Both the position numbers and the translations under genes were made by a program. A DNA stretch of 64,000 nt, taken from positions 66,459-130,458 of the forward strand of contig CAZWPK010000003.1 of the NCBI GenBank assembly GCA_964635905.1. The letters are read 5' to 3'. The notes beneath the pieces were generated by a model. That model did no database searches, was not told the origin of the DNA, and worked only from the letters and a program-made list of their open reading frames with translations. Origin of the DNA: an uncultured Pseudomonadales bacterium (GTDB taxonomy: Bacteria; Patescibacteriota; Microgenomatia; UBA1400; UBA12028). The stretch's first letter is position 1, and every line of letters starts with the position of its first letter. Shown here one piece after another: positions 1-8,557 of this stretch.

Positions 1-3000
1 CTGCATACTGTGTACACGTTCTTGGGCTACAAGCTGGAGTGGTATCACTTTCAAAAGCATTCCCATTTGATGATAAATAGATACCCGTTTTAAATCGCCA
101 GAGTGTAATTCGATACTGGTTGTTCTCTCCACAGAGAGTTCTTCCAAAATCGCGATATTGTGGGTCATTTAAGAATTCAAGTGCAGATGTAATTTTTGCT
201 CTGGCTTCTGGTTCCCATTCGTCCGAGATTTTACTTCCTTCTAATACGGAGACTTGTTCACCTGCGGGGCCAAACGTAATACAGGCAATCGAACTTGGAG
301 GATTCCCAAAAACGACAGACGCACTCTCCGCATAACTTTGAGTGGCTCCACATTGACCATCAGATTGGACGATACAATAAGTGATGGTTAGTGTGTTTGT
401 AATGAGTGTGTCATCAAACACTGGTACGGATACTCCTTCTTCTGTCGGAGCAGTGTCAGTGAAGTTAATGGTGTACTGAATAGGTCCTTCGCCAAATGCA
501 GGTTTTCCTGCACCAACATCTCCTGATAATCGGTCCAGTTGTGTCTGATCGGCCCGCTTCAAGGCTTTAAGTTCAGAGGGAATGGGGTTTCGACTAATGA
601 AATGCAAGGTATCTGTGACGGCGGAAACACGTATCTGGTATGGGTTTCCATCTGCATCCGATTTTGGCGTAAGTGTAATGGTGTACTGAATCGGTGTGGG
701 GTCTTCAGCAAAGTCATCACTTGGCGTTTTGGTTAATGTGAAGTATTCATTCTCATTTAAGAGAAAACTACCGGGCAGTAAATGGGCACTGGTAATCACC
801 GCTGCAGCTAACACGGACATGGCTGCAGTGCCACCGATCACACCAGTTAAGATGGTTCCGACAGGAGTTGAGATGCTTAAGTTTGGTAAGGTATTGAATA
901 ATGTATTTGTACTTGCCAAGGTTGTATTGGCTGCGTTTCCGAGTGCATTGGTTGCGGTTTGAGAAATAGCGCTTGATGTTTGGGCAAGTTGAGGTGCTGC
1001 TTCACCAGCAAATGAACCTGCTGCAGATGCGGCTTGAGCGCCTAAACCGGGCGGAAGTGAAATTCCAGAAGGGAACCCAAAAGCATTCAAAATCGGTGTA
1101 CCCACTGCTTGAGCAATACTTACATCTCCAACATGAATGGCTAGTGAACCGAATCCTCCTGCAGCGCCTCCTGCAAAGAACCCAATTGCTGCTCCAAGAC
1201 CCGTTCCAATGACAGGTACCACCGAGCCAATGGCTCCACCGGCGATTGCACCTGCGATACTCCCGCTAACACCTAAAACTCCAGCTCCTGTGGCACCTGC
1301 TGCTCCTTGTAGTAACCCTCCTACGATGGCAGATCCAGCTATAGCACCCACCCCACCGACGACCCAGGTTGCTGGATTTGCTGCTGCGAGACGTGCGGCA
1401 TCGGCAAGTTTCCGCAGATTCTGCATTCGAGAGACTGCCTCTTTCTTCTTGTCAGAAGGTTTGGAGAGTTTAGGAATTTTTGATAAAAGTCCTCCATCTT
1501 CGATTTCTCCACTTTCAACTTCCTCAGCGTACGATTGGGGAGATTCAATTGGAATCTGCTCAAACACTTGTGCTCCGACTGGTTCTGAAGATTCAACGAG
1601 TTCATTCTCTTCCGAAGTCTGAGGAATGGTTCGAATGATGCGGGTAATTCTAGAGCGTTTCCGTGGTTGCTGTTGTTGCTCGTACACTTGAACAGACCCT
1701 AAGGCAAGCTGAACGTCCAACAACTCTCGTTGTTCACGAGCAGTTTGAACCCCGGATTCAAGTAGCTTCCGTTGCTTTTCAACAAGTTGTTTCTTGGGAA
1801 CACTATAGAATAGACGTACCGCACGAGTTCCCATGCGGTTGGATAGATCAGCATTCGTGCGAAGCAATTCTCTTTTTTGATTAGGATTAAGATTTGATGC
1901 AAGGAGCACTTTCCCCGTCTCGATTGCCATCTGGCCTCTGAAGAATCCAATTCTATTAAAGAGGTGTGAAGCGAAACCATCGAAGATTTCTGGGTTATTC
2001 TTGATTGCAGCAGCTAGATCTACATAGCCGTTTTGAGAATCGGTCAACTCAGAAAGAATATTCTCTATGATCCAATCTCGATCTTCTTCACTTGCCACAG
2101 ACATGAACGCCGCTGAGTTTGCATAGTTATCAATCGATGCCGCTAACGTTGGGTTTTTAACCAAGAGGTCTTCCCATTGCGAACGTGTAGAAGGAGTAGT
2201 ATTTTCGGTTTCAATCTGGCGTTGTTCTTGATCCGTTTCAGCTTGAGTTGTCGTTGTCTGAGTCAGTTTTTCTTGCCACCCTTGCTCGGTTGCAACAGTT
2301 GTGTAGATCATTTCAATCTCGTTGGCAAGTTGCGGGTCTTGTTGAATTTCAGTTTGAAAGTGAGCGACAAAATCTGAAAAGGACAGTGGAGATAAACTCG
2401 TTGCCTCTGCAAGAACATCTGCTCGAAGCTGTGCTGATTGGGCTTGTGCTCCTACCAGCTCTTCACGAGATTGGAGGCTATCTAACCGCTTTTTTGTGTT
2501 TTCTATATCTGGCTCATCATCGTCATCATCGTCCGATTCGTTTGCCTTTCGGGCTTGTTCTTCAAGCTGTTTACCCCAATCCTTTTCAGTTGAGATTGTT
2601 GCGTACACTTCCTGTAGCACGGTTTCAAATGCTGGATTTTCGCGCAGTTCCCGTTGGAAATAGTCTAGAAATGCTTCATAGGTAGTAGGAGGTAATCCGG
2701 CCGCAAGCCGCACTGCCTCGCTTCGAAGCAGGGTGTTTGCTTTGATAGCTTGATCAACTTGATCTTTTAAGGGTGATTCTTCAGGAGAACCTTGCGAGGA
2801 CTGTTGACCACTTGGAAATGGAATAATCGGTGGTGTAGTAGAAGACGACCGATTCACCGGGGGGTTACTATCACTTCGACTCGTCCGAAGTCTATCTCCC
2901 ACCGCAAACAGTACAGAGTCAGTGAGGGTAGAGAGCTCCAGTATGTGTTCTCGAGTAAAGAAATCTTCTGTTTGGGACAGATCATTGATCTTGATCCAAT

Positions 3001-3247
3001 CACTCTTAAAGCGTTGTTTATTGTTTGGATCTACTAGAAATGCGGGTTCCCTTAAATCCACAATCGCAGAAAGAATGCGTTTCTTTTCGGCGTCGGTGGG
3101 GGAATTGGTTGTATTGGATGCACTAAATGTGCCATCGCGTCCTAACAGTTTGGTTAGGTTAGATGCAATCTGAATCAGAGTTTCTTGATACTCTGTAAAT
3201 TGGGACAAGACAGAATCACGTAGTGAGTTGGAGGCAGCATCCGCCAT
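1..3247 (-). CDS. Large hypothetical protein, C-terminally truncated by the window edge. It has internal ~60-aa tandem repeats, a poly-Asp stretch and a Gly/Ala-rich hydrophobic segment.
   Basis: ATG at 3247..3245 on the minus strand, with an in-frame stop upstream at 3259..3257. I translated ~110 codons by hand in this frame without a stop and spot-checked 1..120 and 1620..1670 with no stops. The plus-strand ORFs in this region read like antisense shadows (Pro/Ala-rich 1137..1622 opposite a Gly/Ala-rich sense stretch). The ORF is absent from the track presumably because it has no stop inside the window. Confidence 0.45.
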   Translation of the reverse strand, partial: MADAASNSLRDSVLSQFTEYQETLIQIASNLTKLLGRDGTFSASNTTNSPTDAEKKRILSAIVDLREPAFLVDPNNKQRFKSDWIKINDLSQTEDFFTREHILELSTLTDSVLFAVGDRLRTSRSDSNPPVNRSSSTTPPIIPFPSGQQSSQGSPEESPLKDQVDQAIKANTLLRSEAVRLAAGLPPTTYEAFLDYFQRELRENPAFETVLQEVYATISTEKDWGKQLEEQARKANESDDDDDDEPDIENTKKRLDSLQSREELVGAQAQSAQLRADVLAEATSLSPLSFSDFVAHFQTEIQQDPQLANEIEMIYTTVATEQGWQEKLTQTTTTQAETDQEQRQIETENTTPSTRSQWEDLLVKNPTLAASIDNYANSAAFMSVASEEDRDWIIENILSELTDSQNGYVDLAAAIKNNPEIFDGFASHLFNRIGFFRGQMAIETGKVLLASNLNPNQKRELLRTNADLSNRMGTRAVRLFYSVPKKQLVEKQRKLLESGVQTAREQRELLDVQLALGSVQVYEQQQQPRKRSRITRIIRTIPQTSEENELVESSEPVGAQVFEQIPIESPQSYAEEVESGEIEDGGLLSKIPKLSKPSDKKKEAVSRMQNLRKLADAARLAAANPATWVVGGVGAIAGSAIVGGLLQGAAGATGAGVLGVSGSIAGAIAGGAIGSVVPVIGTGLGAAIGFFAGGAAGGFGSLAIHVGDVSIAQAVGTPILNAFGFPSGISLPPGLGAQAASAAGSFAGEAAPQLAQTSSAISQTATNALGNAANTTLASTNTLFNTLPNLSISTPVGTILTGVIGGTAAMSVLAAAVITSAHLLPGSFLLNENEYFTLTKTPSDDFAEDPTPIQYTITLTPKSDADGNPYQIRVSAVTDTLHFISRNPIPSELKALKRADQTQLDRLSGDVGAGKPAFGEGPIQYTINFTDTAPTEEGVSVPVFDDTLITNTLTITYCIVQSDGQCGATQSYAESASVVFGNPPSSIACITFGPAGEQVSVLEGSKISDEWEPEARAKITSALEFLNDPQYRDFGRTLCGENNQYRITLWRFKTGIYLSSNGNAFESDTTPACSPRTCTQYA

Positions 3248-3497
3248 AGTTTCCAATTATACCGGGTTTTACAAATGAAATCCTTGGGCAAATCTGGAAT
3301 TTATTCAGGGCATTCCACATTTCCCATAGTTCTGGATCTTACGCCGATATCTGAGGTTTGTTATTACGAAAATCTAACACAACCTTGTGGAGGTCTTGTT
3401 GCTTTAAAGGCAAAGTAGTTGTTAGTTGAATTGCAACAGACTTTCAATTATTTTCCACTAGATCTGGAACGGCAACCAGTGTTACAATTGCGCTTCC

Positions 3498-3827
3498 ATG
3501 AAAGCTTCTATCACTTATTCCGACTTTGAAAAACTTGATCTACGTGTGGGGACGATCATCGCAGCGTCCGCCCCGGACTGGAGTTCAAAGCTGTTGCGTT
3601 TCGAGGTAGACTTTGGCGACGAAGGGAAGAAAGTTATTTTTTCTGGAATCAAAGCATGGTATAGTCCAGATGAATTTGTGGGCAAACAATTTCCTTTTTT
3701 GATTAATCTAGATCCCAAGAATATGGGGCCAGAAGAAAGTCAAGGGATGATGCTGATGGCAGATGGTGTGGACCAACCTCGGCTATTCTCACTTTCGACA
3801 GTTCCAGCAGGAACAGTCATTCGTTAA
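3498..3827 (+). CDS. tRNA-binding domain protein (CsaA/YgjH/Trbp111-like OB fold)
   Basis: 109 aa with DLRVGTI..A and KLL..VD.G motifs typical of Myf/EMAP-type tRNA-binding domains. Confidence 0.55.
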   Translation: MKASITYSDFEKLDLRVGTIIAASAPDWSSKLLRFEVDFGDEGKKVIFSGIKAWYSPDEFVGKQFPFLINLDPKNMGPEESQGMMLMADGVDQPRLFSLSTVPAGTVIR

Positions 3828-3869
3828 TGTGTACTTTATTCGTATCCGTTTCATTTTTAATTTATCGTT

Positions 3870-5792
3870 ATGCCAAAAACTGACAAAGAGACACGTGTGG
3901 ACGAAAAGAAACCCAAAGAAGAAAAGTCAAATAAGTTTACCGCCAATGGGAAAAAGATGATGAAGCTCGAGTTCGGTTTGAACTTGGATCCGCGTAAATC
4001 CATTTTGTGGCTCGTGATCTTCCTACTTTTTGTACCTTTTCTGTTTTCCTTGTTTCGATCTGGATCCAATGGTCGCATTCCATTATCGCAGCTCCTCTCC
4101 GATATCCAAGAGAATAAAGTTTCAAAGGTAGAGGTCGACGGACCCTCGATCACCGCACGCTACGGTGATGGCGAAATCAAGACGAGTCGCAAAGAGGATT
4201 CCCAAGACCTCACCACGATTTTGCGTCAAGCTGATATTTCTCTCACATCATTGGAGGTCATGGTCAAAGATCAAATGCCCGGACGGATTGTGTTGGATAT
4301 TTTGCTCAACATCTTACCCATGGTCCTCATGGTCATCTTTTTCTTGTTCTTGTTTAGACAAGCACGGGGAGCACAAGGGGACATGATGGGGTTTGGCAAA
4401 TCCAAGGCAAAGTTATTTGCAAAAGGGAAACAAGACATCAAATTCTCCGATGTTGGAGGACTCAAAGAAGCCAAGCAAGAATTAGAGGAAATTGTCGATT
4501 TCCTCAAAAACCCCAAGAAATATCACAATGTCGGAGCCAGAACTCCCAAGGGAGCTCTCCTGATTGGACCTGCAGGGACTGGAAAGACGTTATTGGCACG
4601 TGCAGTGGCTGGAGAAGCCAACGCGCCATTCTTTTCAATGGCAGGGTCGGAATTCATGGAAATGCTGGTTGGTGTTGGAGCATCACGAGTACGTGATTTG
4701 TTCGATACAGCCAAAAAATCCGCTCCCTCCATTATTTTCATCGATGAAATCGATGCAATTGGACGGATGCGTGGACATGGAAGTATGGGAGGTCACGATG
4801 AACGGGAACAGACACTCAATCAGATTCTGGTAGAGATGGATGGATTTCAGCCCAATGACGCTGTTGTCGTATTGGCAGCGACGAACCGAGCAGATTTATT
4901 AGATCCTGCCTTAGTCCGACCTGGCAGATTTGATCGACGGGTGACCCTAGATCTCCCCGATTTGGAAGAACGAAAGTATATTCTTTCCATTCATGCCAAG
5001 AATAAGCCAGTGAGCAAAGAGGTCAGTTGGGAACGCATTGCTAAACGGACCGTTGGTTTTTCTGGTGCCGATCTAGAGAACATGCTCAATGAAGCTGCTA
5101 TCTTGATTGCTCGTGAGAACTGTACGGAAATCACCTCGCCAGATTTGGAAGAGGCTGCCTTAAAGGTCAAGCTTGGTCCTGAGAAGAAACGTCTCCAGTC
5201 TGAGATTGAGCGCAAGATGACCGCCTACCACGAAGGTGGACATGCTATTGTGGCGCACTTTTTGCCCCACACGGATCCAGTGCATCGCATCTCCATTGTT
5301 TCTCGAGGTCGTGCGCTTGGGTTTACCATGGCGAGTCCGGAAGCAGATAAATACCAGCAGGTGAAAGAAGAATTGGAAGAAATGATCTCCGTCATGTTGG
5401 GTGGTCGAGCCGCAGAGCATGTTGTGTTTGGCAAACAAACCGGTGGAGTTAGTTCAGATCTGCAGCAAGTCACCAGAATTGCTCGAGCAATGGTGCTTGA
5501 CTACGGGATGAGTGATCTTCCCCCATTAAACTACGGACCTGTCTATGAGATGGGTGACTATGGCCGCGCCATGATGGAACCGTATGAGATCTCAGAAGAG
5601 TTAAAGACAAAAGTAGATTCGGCAGTCGAGAAAATCGTTGATGAAGGTTGGAAGCGCTCGGTTAAAGTTCTTAAAGACCATCGAAAAGCGTTGGATGCAG
5701 TCGCGGATCGACTACTCGAAGTCGAGAGCATGGATGAAGATGATTTTATTAAGGTCGTTGGCTCTCCTAAGAGTAAAGCAGAAGAGAAATAG
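3870..5792 (+). CDS. ftsH: ATP-dependent zinc metalloprotease FtsH
   Basis: N-terminal TM segments, AAA+ Walker [22 protein letters not shown] region, and the HEGGHAIV zinc-binding HEXXH motif. 640 aa. Confidence 0.95.
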   Translation: MPKTDKETRVDEKKPKEEKSNKFTANGKKMMKLEFGLNLDPRKSILWLVIFLLFVPFLFSLFRSGSNGRIPLSQLLSDIQENKVSKVEVDGPSITARYGDGEIKTSRKEDSQDLTTILRQADISLTSLEVMVKDQMPGRIVLDILLNILPMVLMVIFFLFLFRQARGAQGDMMGFGKSKAKLFAKGKQDIKFSDVGGLKEAKQELEEIVDFLKNPKKYHNVGARTPKGALLIGPAGTGKTLLARAVAGEANAPFFSMAGSEFMEMLVGVGASRVRDLFDTAKKSAPSIIFIDEIDAIGRMRGHGSMGGHDEREQTLNQILVEMDGFQPNDAVVVLAATNRADLLDPALVRPGRFDRRVTLDLPDLEERKYILSIHAKNKPVSKEVSWERIAKRTVGFSGADLENMLNEAAILIARENCTEITSPDLEEAALKVKLGPEKKRLQSEIERKMTAYHEGGHAIVAHFLPHTDPVHRISIVSRGRALGFTMASPEADKYQQVKEELEEMISVMLGGRAAEHVVFGKQTGGVSSDLQQVTRIARAMVLDYGMSDLPPLNYGPVYEMGDYGRAMMEPYEISEELKTKVDSAVEKIVDEGWKRSVKVLKDHRKALDAVADRLLEVESMDEDDFIKVVGSPKSKAEEK

Positions 5793-6192
5793 GTCAAGGA
5801 TATCCTATATCAATTTGATTATCTCGAGAAATCGGTTATACTAGCCGACTATGCGTACAGAGGCTTCAATCAATTCAGCGCTTCGATTTGCAATTTGGCA
5901 ACAAGAAAACAGTAAGCACAGATTTGTTAGAGCCGTTCCTGCAAGCAGGTCAATCCAGGAGGACTCCGCTTCGTTGTTAATGGAAATTGCAATTTTAGAG
6001 CTAAAATACAGTAGCATTGCAAAATCTCCGGTTGTACCAGGAAATGAACCAAAAGTGAGTCCAGAAGAAAATCATCGCCCTGTTACTAGATCAATCCTGA
6101 TGGCATTTGAGCAGGCCGATCTGTCTTTCGATCGACTGTAAATTGTGCATTTACCCTAGTCGGTTTCTATAATTCTTGATAGCATACAAGGC

Positions 6193-7134
6193 ATGTCTAC
6201 ACTCATGCTTATTGATGGCCATGCCTTAGCGTATCGCGCCTATCATGCCTTTCCTCCCCTCACCACATCTAGTGGAGAGCTGGTCAATGCCGTCTATGGC
6301 TTCTCTAGAATCCTCTTAACCGTCCTTCGGGATCTAGAGCCGCAGTATCTCGCGTGCTGCTTTGATTTGCCCAAACCCACTTTTCGCCATACTCAGTACA
6401 CCGGATACAAAGCCCAACGAGAAGAGATGCCGGTAGACTTACAGACGCAAATTGAGCGAATTAAAGAGGTGGTTTTGGCGTTAAATATCCCAACGTTTGC
6501 CGTAGAAGGGTATGAGGCGGACGATGTAATTGGGACATTAGCGATGAAGGGAACCGATGGGCATGATGATGAGGTCGATAAAGTACTTATTGTCACGGGG
6601 GATCGTGATGCGTTTCAGCTCGTTACGGATAAAATCCATGTCTATATGCCTCCTCGAAGTAAAGAAGCCTTTTATACAGAGTTTGGACCCAAGGAAGTGG
6701 AAGAGAAGATGGGACTACGGCCCGATCAAATCGTCGATTACAAGGCTCTAGCTGGGGATGCTAGTGATAATATTCCAGGGATTAAAGGAGTTGGGGACAA
6801 GACAGCCGTACGACTACTACAATCTTTCCAAACATGTGATGGGATTTATGAATCATTAAAGGATTCAGGCTCGTTAACTGAAGACCAACTCAAGCTTCTC
6901 AAGCCAAAAGTTGTCGAAAACCTCACCAATGGGTATGAAGATATGGTGCTTTCTCGACAACTGGCAACAATCGATAGAGAAGTGCCGCTGACTCTAAACT
7001 TAGAAGAATGTGTGCTTAAAAACTATGATAAAACAACCGTCTCGAGACTGTTTGAAGATTTAGACTTTAAGAGCTTAATCAACTTACTCCCTGATGATGG
7101 GTTTGAATCTTCAGTTCAAGAAGCGTTGTTTTAG
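6193..7134 (+). CDS. Stand-alone 5'-3' exonuclease / flap endonuclease (Pol I N-terminal domain-like)
   Basis: MLIDGHALAYRAYHAF plus acidic clusters (EADDVIGT, TGDRDAFQL, GDASDNIPGIKGVG) match the 53EXO/H3TH architecture. 313 aa with no polymerase domain. Confidence 0.85.
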   Translation: MSTLMLIDGHALAYRAYHAFPPLTTSSGELVNAVYGFSRILLTVLRDLEPQYLACCFDLPKPTFRHTQYTGYKAQREEMPVDLQTQIERIKEVVLALNIPTFAVEGYEADDVIGTLAMKGTDGHDDEVDKVLIVTGDRDAFQLVTDKIHVYMPPRSKEAFYTEFGPKEVEEKMGLRPDQIVDYKALAGDASDNIPGIKGVGDKTAVRLLQSFQTCDGIYESLKDSGSLTEDQLKLLKPKVVENLTNGYEDMVLSRQLATIDREVPLTLNLEECVLKNYDKTTVSRLFEDLDFKSLINLLPDDGFESSVQEALF

Positions 7135-7176
7135 GGTACTGCTATTTTAGAAGATAAAGTAAGAAGTGTTTATCCT

Positions 7177-8520
7177 CTAGTGTCCGTGTGATTCTTCGCG
7201 AATACCCAATTTCTGTTTGTCTAATGCCGATAATTTGGAGAGTACTGTTTCCACTACTGTCTTTTCTAGATAGATGTTTCCCGGCAATCTTCCAGTTTTT
7301 ACGAAGTCCTCGAGATCAGGGGTTCGCATGTTTTTGAGGAATAAATACATCTGATCGGAAAAGTGACCGATTTTTTCAAAAAACCTAACAAGTTTGTCTT
7401 CCTTTCCCTTAAAGAGAGTAAAGAACTGTTCATGCACTTTTCCAGCTTGAAGAAGATGTAATGCATCTTGAGGAACTTCAAGTTTTAGCAAAATATCCTC
7501 TAGCTTCGTTGAACCTTCCTTCATCTCTTCCATGCTGTGGACAATCATCATGATTTCACTATGGGACCTGCCTTTTCCAAGATTCGCAATTGCTTCCATG
7601 TAGAGAAGGGCAGGAAGGACATCAGCTACAGAATTCCTAATAGAAAATCTTTTCTTTTCATGGGTAATCGGATCAGTGCCAGAAATGATCGGTGGCTCCT
7701 TTGATTCAACGGTTGCTCCTTCCAGAGGTCGTGATACAAGTTCACTGATAGGGGTGAATTCCGGTGTTTCTGCATGAGTAGTCGCAGTAGCTTGCGCAGG
7801 GGTTGCCTCCGTAGCGACTGAAGGGTCTGGTGTATCCGTTTCCGGTGCGGAATCCAATTCCTCTAAGGTTTCCTGGGTAATCTGAATCATCTCTGCAACA
7901 TTTTTTGCATTGAAATCTAAATATTCTGTTTCCGCTTGTTTAAATTGGTTAAGCAGGTCTGGATGCATGAGTCGAATTTTTTCCTCTAGGGATTGAAGCT
8001 CATGCCAACGATCTTGATAGTCACGTATGGTAGTCCAGAGATGACGTCTCTCGTCAGTAACTAGATCTGGATTTGTCTCTGACTGTAATTGTGTTAGATT
8101 ATCAACGCAGTCTGCCATGAGGAGATTTTGAATTTCCAATTCGTCCTCTAAAAATGTGTACAATTCTGGATTTGTAGTTCTCACTGAATCAGGTAATTTA
8201 TACAATAATTCTGCTACGCTGCCACCTTGCTGGGCATATTCTTGAATTTTATATTCCCAGAAGTCAGATTTTCTCCATTCTTGATCATCAATAATGAAGG
8301 GTTCAGTTCTAGGTTGGACGAGCTGGTCTTGGAAAGTAAGTTTTTGCTTTTCCCTTTCTTGCTGATTTTGCTGGTTTTCATCAAGTTGCTGATTGAAGGC
8401 TTCAGAGAGAGGATTAGAATTAGGGTTCTTGGTCACAAGAGAATTGAGGTTTTGATCGGGATCGTTAAAATCAGGATTGGAGACCACTGTTTCTTGTCGG
8501 CTTTCATCGCTCATATTCAA
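7177..8520 (-). CDS. Hypothetical acidic, Gln/Asn-rich protein
   Basis: 447-aa ORF with no recognisable motifs. The region looks AT-richer than its neighbours by eye. Confidence 0.5.
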   Translation of the reverse strand: MNMSDESRQETVVSNPDFNDPDQNLNSLVTKNPNSNPLSEAFNQQLDENQQNQQEREKQKLTFQDQLVQPRTEPFIIDDQEWRKSDFWEYKIQEYAQQGGSVAELLYKLPDSVRTTNPELYTFLEDELEIQNLLMADCVDNLTQLQSETNPDLVTDERRHLWTTIRDYQDRWHELQSLEEKIRLMHPDLLNQFKQAETEYLDFNAKNVAEMIQITQETLEELDSAPETDTPDPSVATEATPAQATATTHAETPEFTPISELVSRPLEGATVESKEPPIISGTDPITHEKKRFSIRNSVADVLPALLYMEAIANLGKGRSHSEIMMIVHSMEEMKEGSTKLEDILLKLEVPQDALHLLQAGKVHEQFFTLFKGKEDKLVRFFEKIGHFSDQMYLFLKNMRTPDLEDFVKTGRLPGNIYLEKTVVETVLSKLSALDKQKLGIREESHGH

Positions 8521-8557
8521 GTAGAATAAGCTATCTATCGAAAGAATACAAATACTG

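Noticed and set aside
1137-1622. Plus-strand Pro/Ala-rich ORF (MASEPNPPAAPPAK...) and other small plus ORFs in 120..3173.
   Set aside because: They are antisense shadows of the Gly/Ala-rich minus-strand coding sequence and have no RBS or independent support.
1-3250. The ORF track shows no long ORF for 3.2 kb on either strand, which raised the possibility of an alternative genetic code (for example UGA recoding as in some CPR lineages) or a noncoding region.
   Set aside because: A continuous minus-strand ORF starting at ATG 3247 runs off the window edge, and rpoD at the other edge is omitted from the track in the same way. TGA/TAG/TAA behave as stops in ftsH, dnaG, typA and the other conserved genes.
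5900-6000. The segment caggtcaatccaggaggactccgc was considered as an SRP RNA or RNase P RNA core.
   Set aside because: The conserved SRP domain IV (GGAA tetraloop with AGCAG) and RNase P P4 (AGGAAAGUCCGGGCUCC) motifs are not actually present.
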